Shown in pieces: positions 1 through 8,211 of a stretch of 64,000 bases of DNA (its first letter is position 1; every line of letters begins with the position of its first letter). The notes below the pieces were generated by a model, which did not search any database, was not told where the DNA came from, and saw only the letters and a program-made list of their open reading frames with translations. The DNA is from an uncultured bacterium (GTDB taxonomy: Bacteria; Lernaellota; Lernaellaia; JACKCT01). The stretch lies in NCBI GenBank assembly GCA_964586775.1, contig CAZPJD010000184.1, positions 1,668 through 65,667 of the forward strand, in the 5' to 3' direction. Both the position numbers and the translations under genes were made by a program.

Positions 1-2618
1 CCGGGGATCTCCCCTGGCCCGTCGTCGTGAAACCGCGCCGCTCCCGCGTGATGAACGGCGGCGCGCTCGTTGCGCTCGGCGTGTCGTACGCGACGAATGA
101 GCGCGAGCTGCGCGCGCGGCTCGAGGCGCTGCCCCAGGGCGCGTTCCCCGTGCTCGTGCAGGAGCGCGTGACGGGAGACGGCGTCGGCTACTTCGCTCTG
201 GCGCGCGAAGGCGACGTGCTCGCCGAGTTCTTCCACCGCCGTCTGCGCGAGTTGCCGCCCTCCGGCGGCGTCAGCGTGCTGCGCGAGGCGATGGTGCCCG
301 ACGCGCACGTTCGCCGCCATGCGGTGGCGCTCGTCAAGCGGCTCGCGTGGACGGGACCGATCATGGTGGAGTTCAAGCGCGACGCCGCCGGGCGGCCGAA
401 TCTGATGGAGATCAACGGGCGATTTTGGGGCTCGCTGCAACTCGCCATCGACGCGGGGGTCGATTTTCCCGCGCTGCTCGCGCGGATGAAACTCGGCGAG
501 GCGTTTGCGATGCCCGGCTATCGACCGCGCCTGCGCACGCGGCACTTGCTGGGCGACGTGGAGTCGCTCGTCGTTGCGCTGGCCAAGGGACGCGCGGCCC
601 TCCCGCCCGGTCGGTCACGCTGGTCTTATCTTCGCGACTGGATTTCGCGGCGCGGAGGACTCGAAGTCGAATCGATCGACGATCCCCGTCCGGCGTTGCA
701 CGAATATCGAAATTTCGCGCGCAAGTGGTGGCGTCTCGTCTCGCGACGCCTTTTCCCGCGCACGATCCGCGGCATCATCCACTCGCACACGACGTTCTCG
801 CACGACGGCGCGCTCTCGGTCGATCGCTTCGCCGATCATCTCGAAGGCAAGGGGCTTTCGTTCGTCGCGATCACCGAACACGAGAACTCGGTGGACGCCG
901 AGAGCTACCGCCAGTTGCAGGCGGAGTGCGCGAAACTCTCGCGACCGGGTTTCGTGTTGATCCCCGGCATCGAGTTCGCCACGCCGCGGCGCACGCACAT
1001 TCTCGGCATGAACGTGAGCGAGTTCTTCGACGAGCACGACGCGACGAAGATCGTGCGCGGCATCCACGAACGCGGCGGTATCGCGGTGCTCGCCCATCCG
1101 GACGAAACGGACTTCGAGCGCGATCCCGAATTCCTCTCCGCTCTGGACGGTGCCGAGGCGTGGAACGCCGTCCACGACAGCCCTTTCGTGCCGTCGTATC
1201 GAAACATCACGGCGATCGACGAGATCCGGCGGCTGAACCCGAATCTCAAGGTGTATGGCGGCGTCGACTTCCATCGACCGGGACACTACCGGGGAATGCG
1301 CATCGAGATGCGGTGCGAACCGAACGCCGCCGCCATCCTCGACGCGTTCCGTCGTGGCGAATTTCGCGTGCGCGGACCCATTTACGGATTCGGAGCAAAC
1401 GCGCGTTTCGGGATTCTGGATCGACTCTACATCCGCCTGATCCGCCGGTTGCGCGAACGGGCGAAGCCCGTCGTGCGTCCGCTGCGTCGCGCGCTACGCG
1501 GACCGGCGGCGAATCCCGCCGCGGCCCAGACGCACCTCGTTGCCCACGCGATTGAGACGGGCAATCCCGGCGGGGCGGAGCGCGTCATGCTTCACCTCGT
1601 CGATCGGTTGCCCGCGAATCGCTTCACATCGCGCGCGGTGCTCGCGAAATCGGGGTGGCTCGACGAGCAGCTTTCCTCGCGCGGCGTGCCGCACGAAATC
1701 CATCCCGTCGGCCATCTGTGGAATTTTGGCGGCATCGCGTCGCTGGCCCGAATGCTGCGCGCGTGGAGCGCGTCGGCCTTCGTCACGCACGAACTCTATC
1801 TCAATGTGCAGGGCGCGATTGCCGCGCGCATGGCGCGCGTGCGCCACGTGGCGGTCGTGCACGGCAACCTCGAATACGCGTCCCCGTGGTTTCGTCGCGC
1901 GGGGTATCAACTCGCGCTCCTGCTGGGCAGCCGCATCATCGCCGTCAGTTTTGCGATTCGCGACGATCTGGCGAAGATCCTTCGCGTGCCCCGCCACCGC
2001 ATCGGCGTCATCCACAACGGCGTGACGATCCCGCCGCCCGCGACGCCCGAGGATCGCGCCGAGGCCCGCGTGCGGCTGGGCGTGACCGACGAGCCGACGA
2101 TCGCCCTCGTTGGCAGCCTCTACCCCGTGAAGGGCCACGCGGTGCTGCTGGCCGCCATGCCCGCGATTCTCGCCGAGCACCCCCGCGCGACGGTCTTCCT
2201 GATCGGGCGCGGTCGCCCGGAGACCGAGCAAGAGCTTCGTCGCGGCGCCGAGCCCTACGGCGAGCGGGTGCGTTTTCTGGGATTCCGAGAGGATGTGGAC
2301 CGGCTGCTGTCGGGCATCGACGTGCTCGCCGTGCCGTCCCTGTACGAAGGTCTGTCGCTCGCGGTATGCGAGGCGATGGCCGCGGGGGTGCCGGTGGTCG
2401 CGTCGCGCGTCGGCGGAAACCCCGAGATCATCACCGACGGCGAGGACGGCATGCTGGTCGGCGTGGGCGACCACGCCGCGCTCGCCCGCGCGATCGGTGC
2501 GCTGCTGGGCGATGCGGACCGCCGCGCCGCGATGGCCGCGCGGGCACGCGAAACGGCGACAATGCTGTTCTCGATGGATCGGATGATCGCCGCCTACGTC
2601 CAAGAGATCGGCGGCTGA
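1..2618 (+). CDS. Tri-domain fusion protein: ATP-grasp (N-terminus outside window) + PHP-family phosphoesterase + GT4/GT1 glycosyltransferase
   Basis: One uninterrupted frame (track ORF 27..2618; the frame stays open back to base 3, so the true start is upstream of the window). ATP-grasp C-half motifs: VLVQERVTGDG, IMVEFKRD, LMEINGRFWGS. PHP motifs: IIHSHTTFSHDG, ITEHEN, LAHPD. GT-B motifs: VGSLYPVKG, PSLYEGLSLAVCEAMAAGVPVVAS, GNPEII. Confidence 0.75.
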   Translation, partial: GDLPWPVVVKPRRSRVMNGGALVALGVSYATNERELRARLEALPQGAFPVLVQERVTGDGVGYFALAREGDVLAEFFHRRLRELPPSGGVSVLREAMVPDAHVRRHAVALVKRLAWTGPIMVEFKRDAAGRPNLMEINGRFWGSLQLAIDAGVDFPALLARMKLGEAFAMPGYRPRLRTRHLLGDVESLVVALAKGRAALPPGRSRWSYLRDWISRRGGLEVESIDDPRPALHEYRNFARKWWRLVSRRLFPRTIRGIIHSHTTFSHDGALSVDRFADHLEGKGLSFVAITEHENSVDAESYRQLQAECAKLSRPGFVLIPGIEFATPRRTHILGMNVSEFFDEHDATKIVRGIHERGGIAVLAHPDETDFERDPEFLSALDGAEAWNAVHDSPFVPSYRNITAIDEIRRLNPNLKVYGGVDFHRPGHYRGMRIEMRCEPNAAAILDAFRRGEFRVRGPIYGFGANARFGILDRLYIRLIRRLRERAKPVVRPLRRALRGPAANPAAAQTHLVAHAIETGNPGGAERVMLHLVDRLPANRFTSRAVLAKSGWLDEQLSSRGVPHEIHPVGHLWNFGGIASLARMLRAWSASAFVTHELYLNVQGAIAARMARVRHVAVVHGNLEYASPWFRRAGYQLALLLGSRIIAVSFAIRDDLAKILRVPRHRIGVIHNGVTIPPPATPEDRAEARVRLGVTDEPTIALVGSLYPVKGHAVLLAAMPAILAEHPRATVFLIGRGRPETEQELRRGAEPYGERVRFLGFREDVDRLLSGIDVLAVPSLYEGLSLAVCEAMAAGVPVVASRVGGNPEIITDGEDGMLVGVGDHAALARAIGALLGDADRRAAMAARARETATMLFSMDRMIAAYVQEIGG

Positions 2619-2643
2619 CGCCCGAGTCTTTGCGTACCTTGCC

Positions 2644-3429
2644 TCAGCGACCCTTGAAATTCGCCTTGCGTCGCTCGATGAAGCTCAGCACGCCCTCGCC
2701 CGCGTCCTCGGTCTCCATTACGGGACGCAGGTCGGGCGTCAAACGCGACGCCCCCTCGTCGAACCCGCGCAGGACCGCCAAATGCGCGAGGCGCTTGGTG
2801 GCGCGAACCGCCAGCGGCGCGCGATCGGCGATGACGCGGGCGATCTCGACCGCGCGTTCGAGATGCTGGCCCGTTTCGACGACCTCTTGAACGAACCCGA
2901 TCCGCAGCGCCTCGGCCGCCGAGAACTCGTCGCCCGTCAGCAGCCAGCGCATCGCGTTGCCCCAGCCGGCCTCCTGCACGAACCGGATCGTAGCGCCGCC
3001 CGCCGCAAAAAATCCGCGCTGCACCTCGATCTGCGCGAATCGCGCATCCTCGGACGCGATGCGCACGTCCGTCGCGAGCATCAGTTCGATTCCCGCCGTG
3101 AGGCACAGCCCTTGAATCGCCGTCACGACCGGCTTGGTCAAATACGGCTCCGACAGGCGAAACGGATCGATGCCGCCCTCGGCGTCGAGCAGCCGGCCCT
3201 CGGCGAAACGCTCGGCGAAGAGCGTGAGGTCGAGCCCCGCCGTGAAGTTGGCGCCGTGCGCGAAGAGCACCCCGCAACGAAGGTCGTCGTCGGCTTCCAA
3301 CTCCGCGTACGCGCGCCCGAGGGCGTTGAGCATCTCGGGCGTGAACGAGTTCTTCTTCGTCGGCCGGTTGATGCCGATCATCAGCAGATGCCCGTCGCGT
3401 TCGATCGTGATGTCGTCATTCGAGGTCAT
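2644..3429 (-). CDS. Enoyl-CoA hydratase/isomerase (crotonase) family protein
   Basis: Crotonase motifs (ITIERDGHLLMIGINRPTKKNSF, FAHGANFTAGLDL, QGLCLTAGIEL). Start moved to ATG 3429, which has an SD (GGAAGGA) a few nt upstream; the longer track ORF (to 3570) adds a non-homologous leader. Confidence 0.9.
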   Translation of the reverse strand: MTSNDDITIERDGHLLMIGINRPTKKNSFTPEMLNALGRAYAELEADDDLRCGVLFAHGANFTAGLDLTLFAERFAEGRLLDAEGGIDPFRLSEPYLTKPVVTAIQGLCLTAGIELMLATDVRIASEDARFAQIEVQRGFFAAGGATIRFVQEAGWGNAMRWLLTGDEFSAAEALRIGFVQEVVETGQHLERAVEIARVIADRAPLAVRATKRLAHLAVLRGFDEGASRLTPDLRPVMETEDAGEGVLSFIERRKANFKGR

Positions 3430-3518
3430 TCGTGATCCTTCCGGGATCGATACGTTGAGCATACCCCATTTTTCGCGCCCTCCGAAACCGCGCTCGTCGT
3501 TGACCCGCCCTTGACCGC

Positions 3519-5507
3519 GTGCTAGGCGAGTCGAACCCGACGAGGCTCCGATTGACCACTCCAACGACACACTCTCGCACGCGAAGCGCGATTCTTGTCG
3601 CGCTCGTTACCCTCGCGTTCGTGGTCGTTTCGGTCGGTTTGGCGTTCGCCGAGGACGGGGACGAAACGGACCCGGACGACCGAAACCTCGACGAAATCAA
3701 AGTCACGGCGAAACGCGTGAACGAATCGACCGACGATCCGCCGGTCTTCGTCGAGACGATCGACATGCGCGAATACGAGGGCCGCTTCGTGACGACGCCG
3801 GAGGTGCTCGCGCGGGCCGTGGGCGTGAACGTGCGCGACTTCGGCGGGCTGGGACGGCTTTCCACCGTGTCGATTCGCGGTGCGAGCGCCGAGCAGGTCG
3901 TCATTCTGGTCGACGGCGTGCACGTGAATCCGGCGTCGGGCGGCGGCGTGGATCTGTCGTCCATCCCCCCGGCGCACATCGACCGCATCGAGGTGATTCG
4001 CGGCGGCGACTCGGCATTCTTCGGCGACGCGGCGATCGGGGGTGTGGTCAACATCGTCACCAAGCGCGCCAAGGACCAGGCGACGAATACCGGCTCGATC
4101 TCGTACGGATCGTTCAACACGCTTCAAACATCCGCCGCGCGCTCGCAGGGTTTCGAGCGCGCGTCATACATGGCCTCGGTGACGTACTTTCACAGCGACG
4201 GCGACTTCGGCTTTCGCAACAACAACGGCACCGAATTCAACGGCGAGGACGACTTCGACGACATCCGCAAGAACAACGAGGCGGACAATCGCGGCGCGCT
4301 CGTCAAGGCCAATTTTTCACCGGGAAGTCATGTCGAGATCGGCGCGCAAAACGAATTCTATTCGTCGGAGCGTGGCGTGCCCGGCCTCGTGACGTTCCCT
4401 TCGCCGAACGTGCACGAGGCAGAGTTGCGCAACACGGCAACGCTGACGCTGGCGATCGCCGATCTGCCCGCGAGCCGGATGAGTTGGCGGACGCGCGTGT
4501 CGTATCCCTACCGCGAGGACACCTACAAGGACCCGCGCGGCGAACAGACCGGCGTGCCGCGGCGAACCGAACAGGCGACGCACTCGCCCGACGTCGAGCA
4601 GACGATCCAATACGTCTGGGGCGAGCACCAAATCTGGACCGCGTCGGGTCAGTATCGGCGAGACGATCTGCGCGACGACGATTTCGACAACCCGACGCGC
4701 GACACGGTTTCGGGCGCGATCCGCGATCAGATCTCGCTCGCGAAGGACATCGTCACGCTGGTTCCCGCCGTTCGATACGACGACATCTCGGATACGGGCG
4801 ACGCATGGAGCCCGAAATTCGGCGCGGCGGTCAAACCGCTCGATTGGATGACGCTCAAGGCCAACGCGGGGCGGTCGTTTCGCGCGCCGAGTTTCGCGGA
4901 GCTGTACTACAACCACGGCTTCGTCGAGGGAAACGTCGACCTCGAGCCCGAGCGGGCGACCAGCTACGACGCGGGAGCGCAGCTACACACGTCATGGCTT
5001 TTCGTCGAGGGCGCGGCGTTTCGCAGCGACATCGAGGATCTCATCGAGTACGTGCTCGTGTCGGGTTTCCGCTACAAGCCCTACAACATCGGCCGCGCGC
5101 GGCTCGACGGGGTCGAGCTCGCACTCACGCTCGAACCCGTCCGCTTCGCCTCGCTGTCGGGCTCGTACACGCTGCTGCGTGCGCGCGATCTGGAGCGGGA
5201 TGGCGAAGCGAACGCGCAGATCCCCGGCCGCCCCCGGCACACGGGGTTTGCGCGCGCGGAGGGTCACTGGGACGTCTTCACGCCCTTCGTCGAATTCCAC
5301 TACATCGGCGGCAACTTCGTCACCGCCGCGAACACCAAGCTGCTACCCGAGCGCAAGATCTGGAACGTGGGGCTGACGACGCGAGCGGGCGATTACGTGA
5401 CGCTCGGCATGGAAGCGAAGAACGTCGGGAACGACGAAGCGGTGGACGTGCGTGGGTTCCCCCTGCCCGGTCGATCGGTCTTCATGACGGTGTCGGTCGA
5501 TTTCTGA
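3519..5507 (+). CDS. TonB-dependent outer-membrane receptor
   Basis: Hydrophobic signal region. Plug-domain motifs: STVSIRGASAEQVVILVDGVHVN, IDRIEVIRGGDSAFFGDAAIGGVVNIVTK. Long beta-barrel with alternating pattern ending in terminal Phe (MTVSVDF). Exact start codon uncertain. Confidence 0.9.
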   Translation: MLGESNPTRLRLTTPTTHSRTRSAILVALVTLAFVVVSVGLAFAEDGDETDPDDRNLDEIKVTAKRVNESTDDPPVFVETIDMREYEGRFVTTPEVLARAVGVNVRDFGGLGRLSTVSIRGASAEQVVILVDGVHVNPASGGGVDLSSIPPAHIDRIEVIRGGDSAFFGDAAIGGVVNIVTKRAKDQATNTGSISYGSFNTLQTSAARSQGFERASYMASVTYFHSDGDFGFRNNNGTEFNGEDDFDDIRKNNEADNRGALVKANFSPGSHVEIGAQNEFYSSERGVPGLVTFPSPNVHEAELRNTATLTLAIADLPASRMSWRTRVSYPYREDTYKDPRGEQTGVPRRTEQATHSPDVEQTIQYVWGEHQIWTASGQYRRDDLRDDDFDNPTRDTVSGAIRDQISLAKDIVTLVPAVRYDDISDTGDAWSPKFGAAVKPLDWMTLKANAGRSFRAPSFAELYYNHGFVEGNVDLEPERATSYDAGAQLHTSWLFVEGAAFRSDIEDLIEYVLVSGFRYKPYNIGRARLDGVELALTLEPVRFASLSGSYTLLRARDLERDGEANAQIPGRPRHTGFARAEGHWDVFTPFVEFHYIGGNFVTAANTKLLPERKIWNVGLTTRAGDYVTLGMEAKNVGNDEAVDVRGFPLPGRSVFMTVSVDF

Positions 5508-5611
5508 CGCGCCTTGACGGCTCGTGCGCCGCGGCGTAACCGTGCCGTGTCGCGTTCCGCCGCGTTTTTGTCACATCGATGTATTCAAATGTGCCATACG
5601 AGGGAGACGCT

Positions 5612-8131
5612 ATGCATCGGCTATTCATGTTGGCCGCGATCCTGCCCATCTTGCTCGCGCTCGCCGCATGCGCGACGGATGACGACGACGATTCGGAAAC
5701 CGACGCAGACGACACCGTGGACGACGATTCCGCGGACGACGACGCGATGGATGACGATGCGGAAGACGGATACGATTACGGCGTCCCGGTGAAGCAGACC
5801 TCCCCTTGGCCGATGTATCGACGCACCGAACGACACGCGGGACGAAGCCCTGTCCTGCCCACGCCGAACGACCGCGAGCCCTGGGCGTTTCGCATGGAAA
5901 AAGGGATGTTCCACGAGCCCGTCATCGACGACGACGGGACGATCTACATGGGCTCGGCGGACACACGCATTTACGCGATCGGGCCCGACGGCATCGAGAA
6001 GTGGCGCTTCCAGACCGGCGAAATCAACGACTCGACGGCGATCATCGCGGCGGACGGGACGATCTTTGTGCCCTCGGGCGACGGGTTCATCTATGCGCTG
6101 AATCCGGACGGCACCGAGCGCTGGCGGCTCGCGGCCCAAGGCGTCGAGGGCTACATCACGTGGTGGGAAGGCCACATCACGATGGGGCCGACGGGTATCC
6201 TCTTCGCGGGCAACGACGACCGCAACCTTTACGCCTTCACGCAGCTCGGCGAGATCTGGTGGACGTATCCGGTGATCGATCAAATCTGGTCGTGCCCCGC
6301 AGTGGGACCGGACGGCGAACTGTTCTTCGGCTCGAACGATCTGGTCATGCGCTCCGTCACGCAGTCGGGGGACCTGCGTTGGTGGAGGCCGACGCTCGGC
6401 CCCGTGGCGGGCTCACCGGCCATCAGCGCTGACGGCGCGACGGTTTACGTCGGATCCTTCGACGGACACGTGCATGCGTACGACACGGCCACGGGCTCGA
6501 AGCGATGGGCGTTCGCCGCGCGCGATCACTTCTACGCGTCGCCCGCGCTCGCCGACGACGGAACGATTGTGATCGGGTCCGCGGACGGAACCATGTATGC
6601 CCTGAACCCGGACGGCTCGCTCCGATGGGCGTTCGACACGCTCGAACCCATCCGCTCATCCGCCTCGATCGACGGCGCGGGCAACATCTATTTCGGCAAT
6701 TCGGACGGCAAGCTCTACGCGCTCTCCGCGGGTGGCGAGAAACTCTGGACCTTCGACTCGACCGAAAGCGATCGCAACGATTTGAACGGCTCGCCGGCCA
6801 TCGCGAAAGACGGCGTCGTCATCGACGGCGAGGCCGGCGTGCTGCACTTCGTGCCCTTCGGCTGGTGTGAAGCCTCGAACGACGAACGCTGCGACACGAC
6901 GCCGGGCGAGGGCTTGCCGGACGATGGTGCGCTGCTCTTCCACTATACCAACGGCGGATCTTCGCGCCCGGCGATCGAGAACGACGTGAACCCTTCCGAG
7001 GTCATGACCTTTCGGCTCGTCGTGCGTGAAGGCGGCGAGACGATTCGCGCGCGCATCGATGCGGACGTGCTCGATGTGACCTTAGATCCGCTCGCGCCCC
7101 ACCGCGTCGAGGTCTCGGCGGACGGCAATTTCGTTTCCATCATTCCCGAGGCGCCGATGGCGTTTGGGCAGACTTACACCGCGGCGCTGGGCGGCTCCTA
7201 TCGTGTCGGCGGGGTGCGCGTGGGCAATCGCGTGATCGGCGGAGAATTCGGCGGAAATTTCGAGGGGCAGTTCACCTTCGATGTCGCGGCCTCCAGCGGC
7301 GAGGGTTTTCCGATCGAAATCGGCGACGAATCGGTCCCCGTGCTGCTGATGCGGCGCATCGCGGTCCCCCAGCCGCCGATGATGACCACGTTCAACCAGA
7401 TCGGATTCGACAGCTACAACTTCCTGATGGCACCCGTCGCGATCGACGAGGTGTCGGGCCGCGTTATCTTTCTGATGGCCGAGGGTACGCCCGGTCTCGA
7501 ACCCGCGCTGCTTCTCCCGACGCGCACCTTGATCGCGTTCAACGGCGATTTCGTGGACCGGTATTTTTCGCTGCACTCCGACGAATTCGCGGTGGATGTC
7601 GCGAGCGTGCACATCGTCCTCGACCTGTTCCGCGTGAGCGGGCGCCTCGACGACGATCTGACCTCGCCGGGGCTTTCCGCCTATACCGAGGTGCTTTGCG
7701 ACAACGTCGAGTTTTTCGGTTTCGCATTGGATCTGCTCGGTATGTGTCATCCCGAATCGGGGAAAATGATCGCGAACGGCTCGGCGATGTTGGAGCCGCA
7801 CGCGGGCGGGCTCGGCGTTGCACCCGAGAATTTGTCTGTGGAGTCGGTGGAATGGCATCCGACCGGAGGTCAATTCGGATTCGGATACGTCGAAGCGCGA
7901 TTCGCCGCGAACGATTTCGTCGCCGGAGAACATCAGACCGCCCTTGTCCTCGTCGATCCGGACGAAACCCGGGCCGTGGAGCTGGAATACGGCACTTACA
8001 CGCAAGTGATTCCCGATGTCGACGGAGCTCTCGACCGTGTGCGGCTCAGTCTGAAAGACGATCTGGATCTTTCGAATATGGACGTGTACGTTATCTTCGA
8101 TCTGTTCCCTCTTTCCCATTGGGGAATTTGA
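5612..8131 (+). CDS. Lipoprotein with poly-Asp linker, PQQ-like (BamB-type) beta-propeller repeats and an uncharacterised C-terminal half
   Basis: ATG 5612 preceded by GGGAGA. Signal plus lipobox (LLALAAC). Asp-rich linker. Repeated propeller blades (IYAIGPDGIEKWRF, IYALNPDGTERWRL, MYALNPDGSLRWAF, LYALSAGGEKLWTF). Confidence 0.8.
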   Translation: MHRLFMLAAILPILLALAACATDDDDDSETDADDTVDDDSADDDAMDDDAEDGYDYGVPVKQTSPWPMYRRTERHAGRSPVLPTPNDREPWAFRMEKGMFHEPVIDDDGTIYMGSADTRIYAIGPDGIEKWRFQTGEINDSTAIIAADGTIFVPSGDGFIYALNPDGTERWRLAAQGVEGYITWWEGHITMGPTGILFAGNDDRNLYAFTQLGEIWWTYPVIDQIWSCPAVGPDGELFFGSNDLVMRSVTQSGDLRWWRPTLGPVAGSPAISADGATVYVGSFDGHVHAYDTATGSKRWAFAARDHFYASPALADDGTIVIGSADGTMYALNPDGSLRWAFDTLEPIRSSASIDGAGNIYFGNSDGKLYALSAGGEKLWTFDSTESDRNDLNGSPAIAKDGVVIDGEAGVLHFVPFGWCEASNDERCDTTPGEGLPDDGALLFHYTNGGSSRPAIENDVNPSEVMTFRLVVREGGETIRARIDADVLDVTLDPLAPHRVEVSADGNFVSIIPEAPMAFGQTYTAALGGSYRVGGVRVGNRVIGGEFGGNFEGQFTFDVAASSGEGFPIEIGDESVPVLLMRRIAVPQPPMMTTFNQIGFDSYNFLMAPVAIDEVSGRVIFLMAEGTPGLEPALLLPTRTLIAFNGDFVDRYFSLHSDEFAVDVASVHIVLDLFRVSGRLDDDLTSPGLSAYTEVLCDNVEFFGFALDLLGMCHPESGKMIANGSAMLEPHAGGLGVAPENLSVESVEWHPTGGQFGFGYVEARFAANDFVAGEHQTALVLVDPDETRAVELEYGTYTQVIPDVDGALDRVRLSLKDDLDLSNMDVYVIFDLFPLSHWGI
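5678..5770 (+). repeat. GAC/GAT-rich low-complexity tract encoding the poly-Asp linker
   Basis: Runs of gac/gat codons directly after the lipobox Cys codon. Confidence 0.8.
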
Positions 8132-8211
8132 AGGCCCTGGGGATCTTGGGGCCATCGTCATCATTCCCGATGTGATATCGCCCGCGCGATTCGTGTCGGA
8201 TGGGAGAATGG

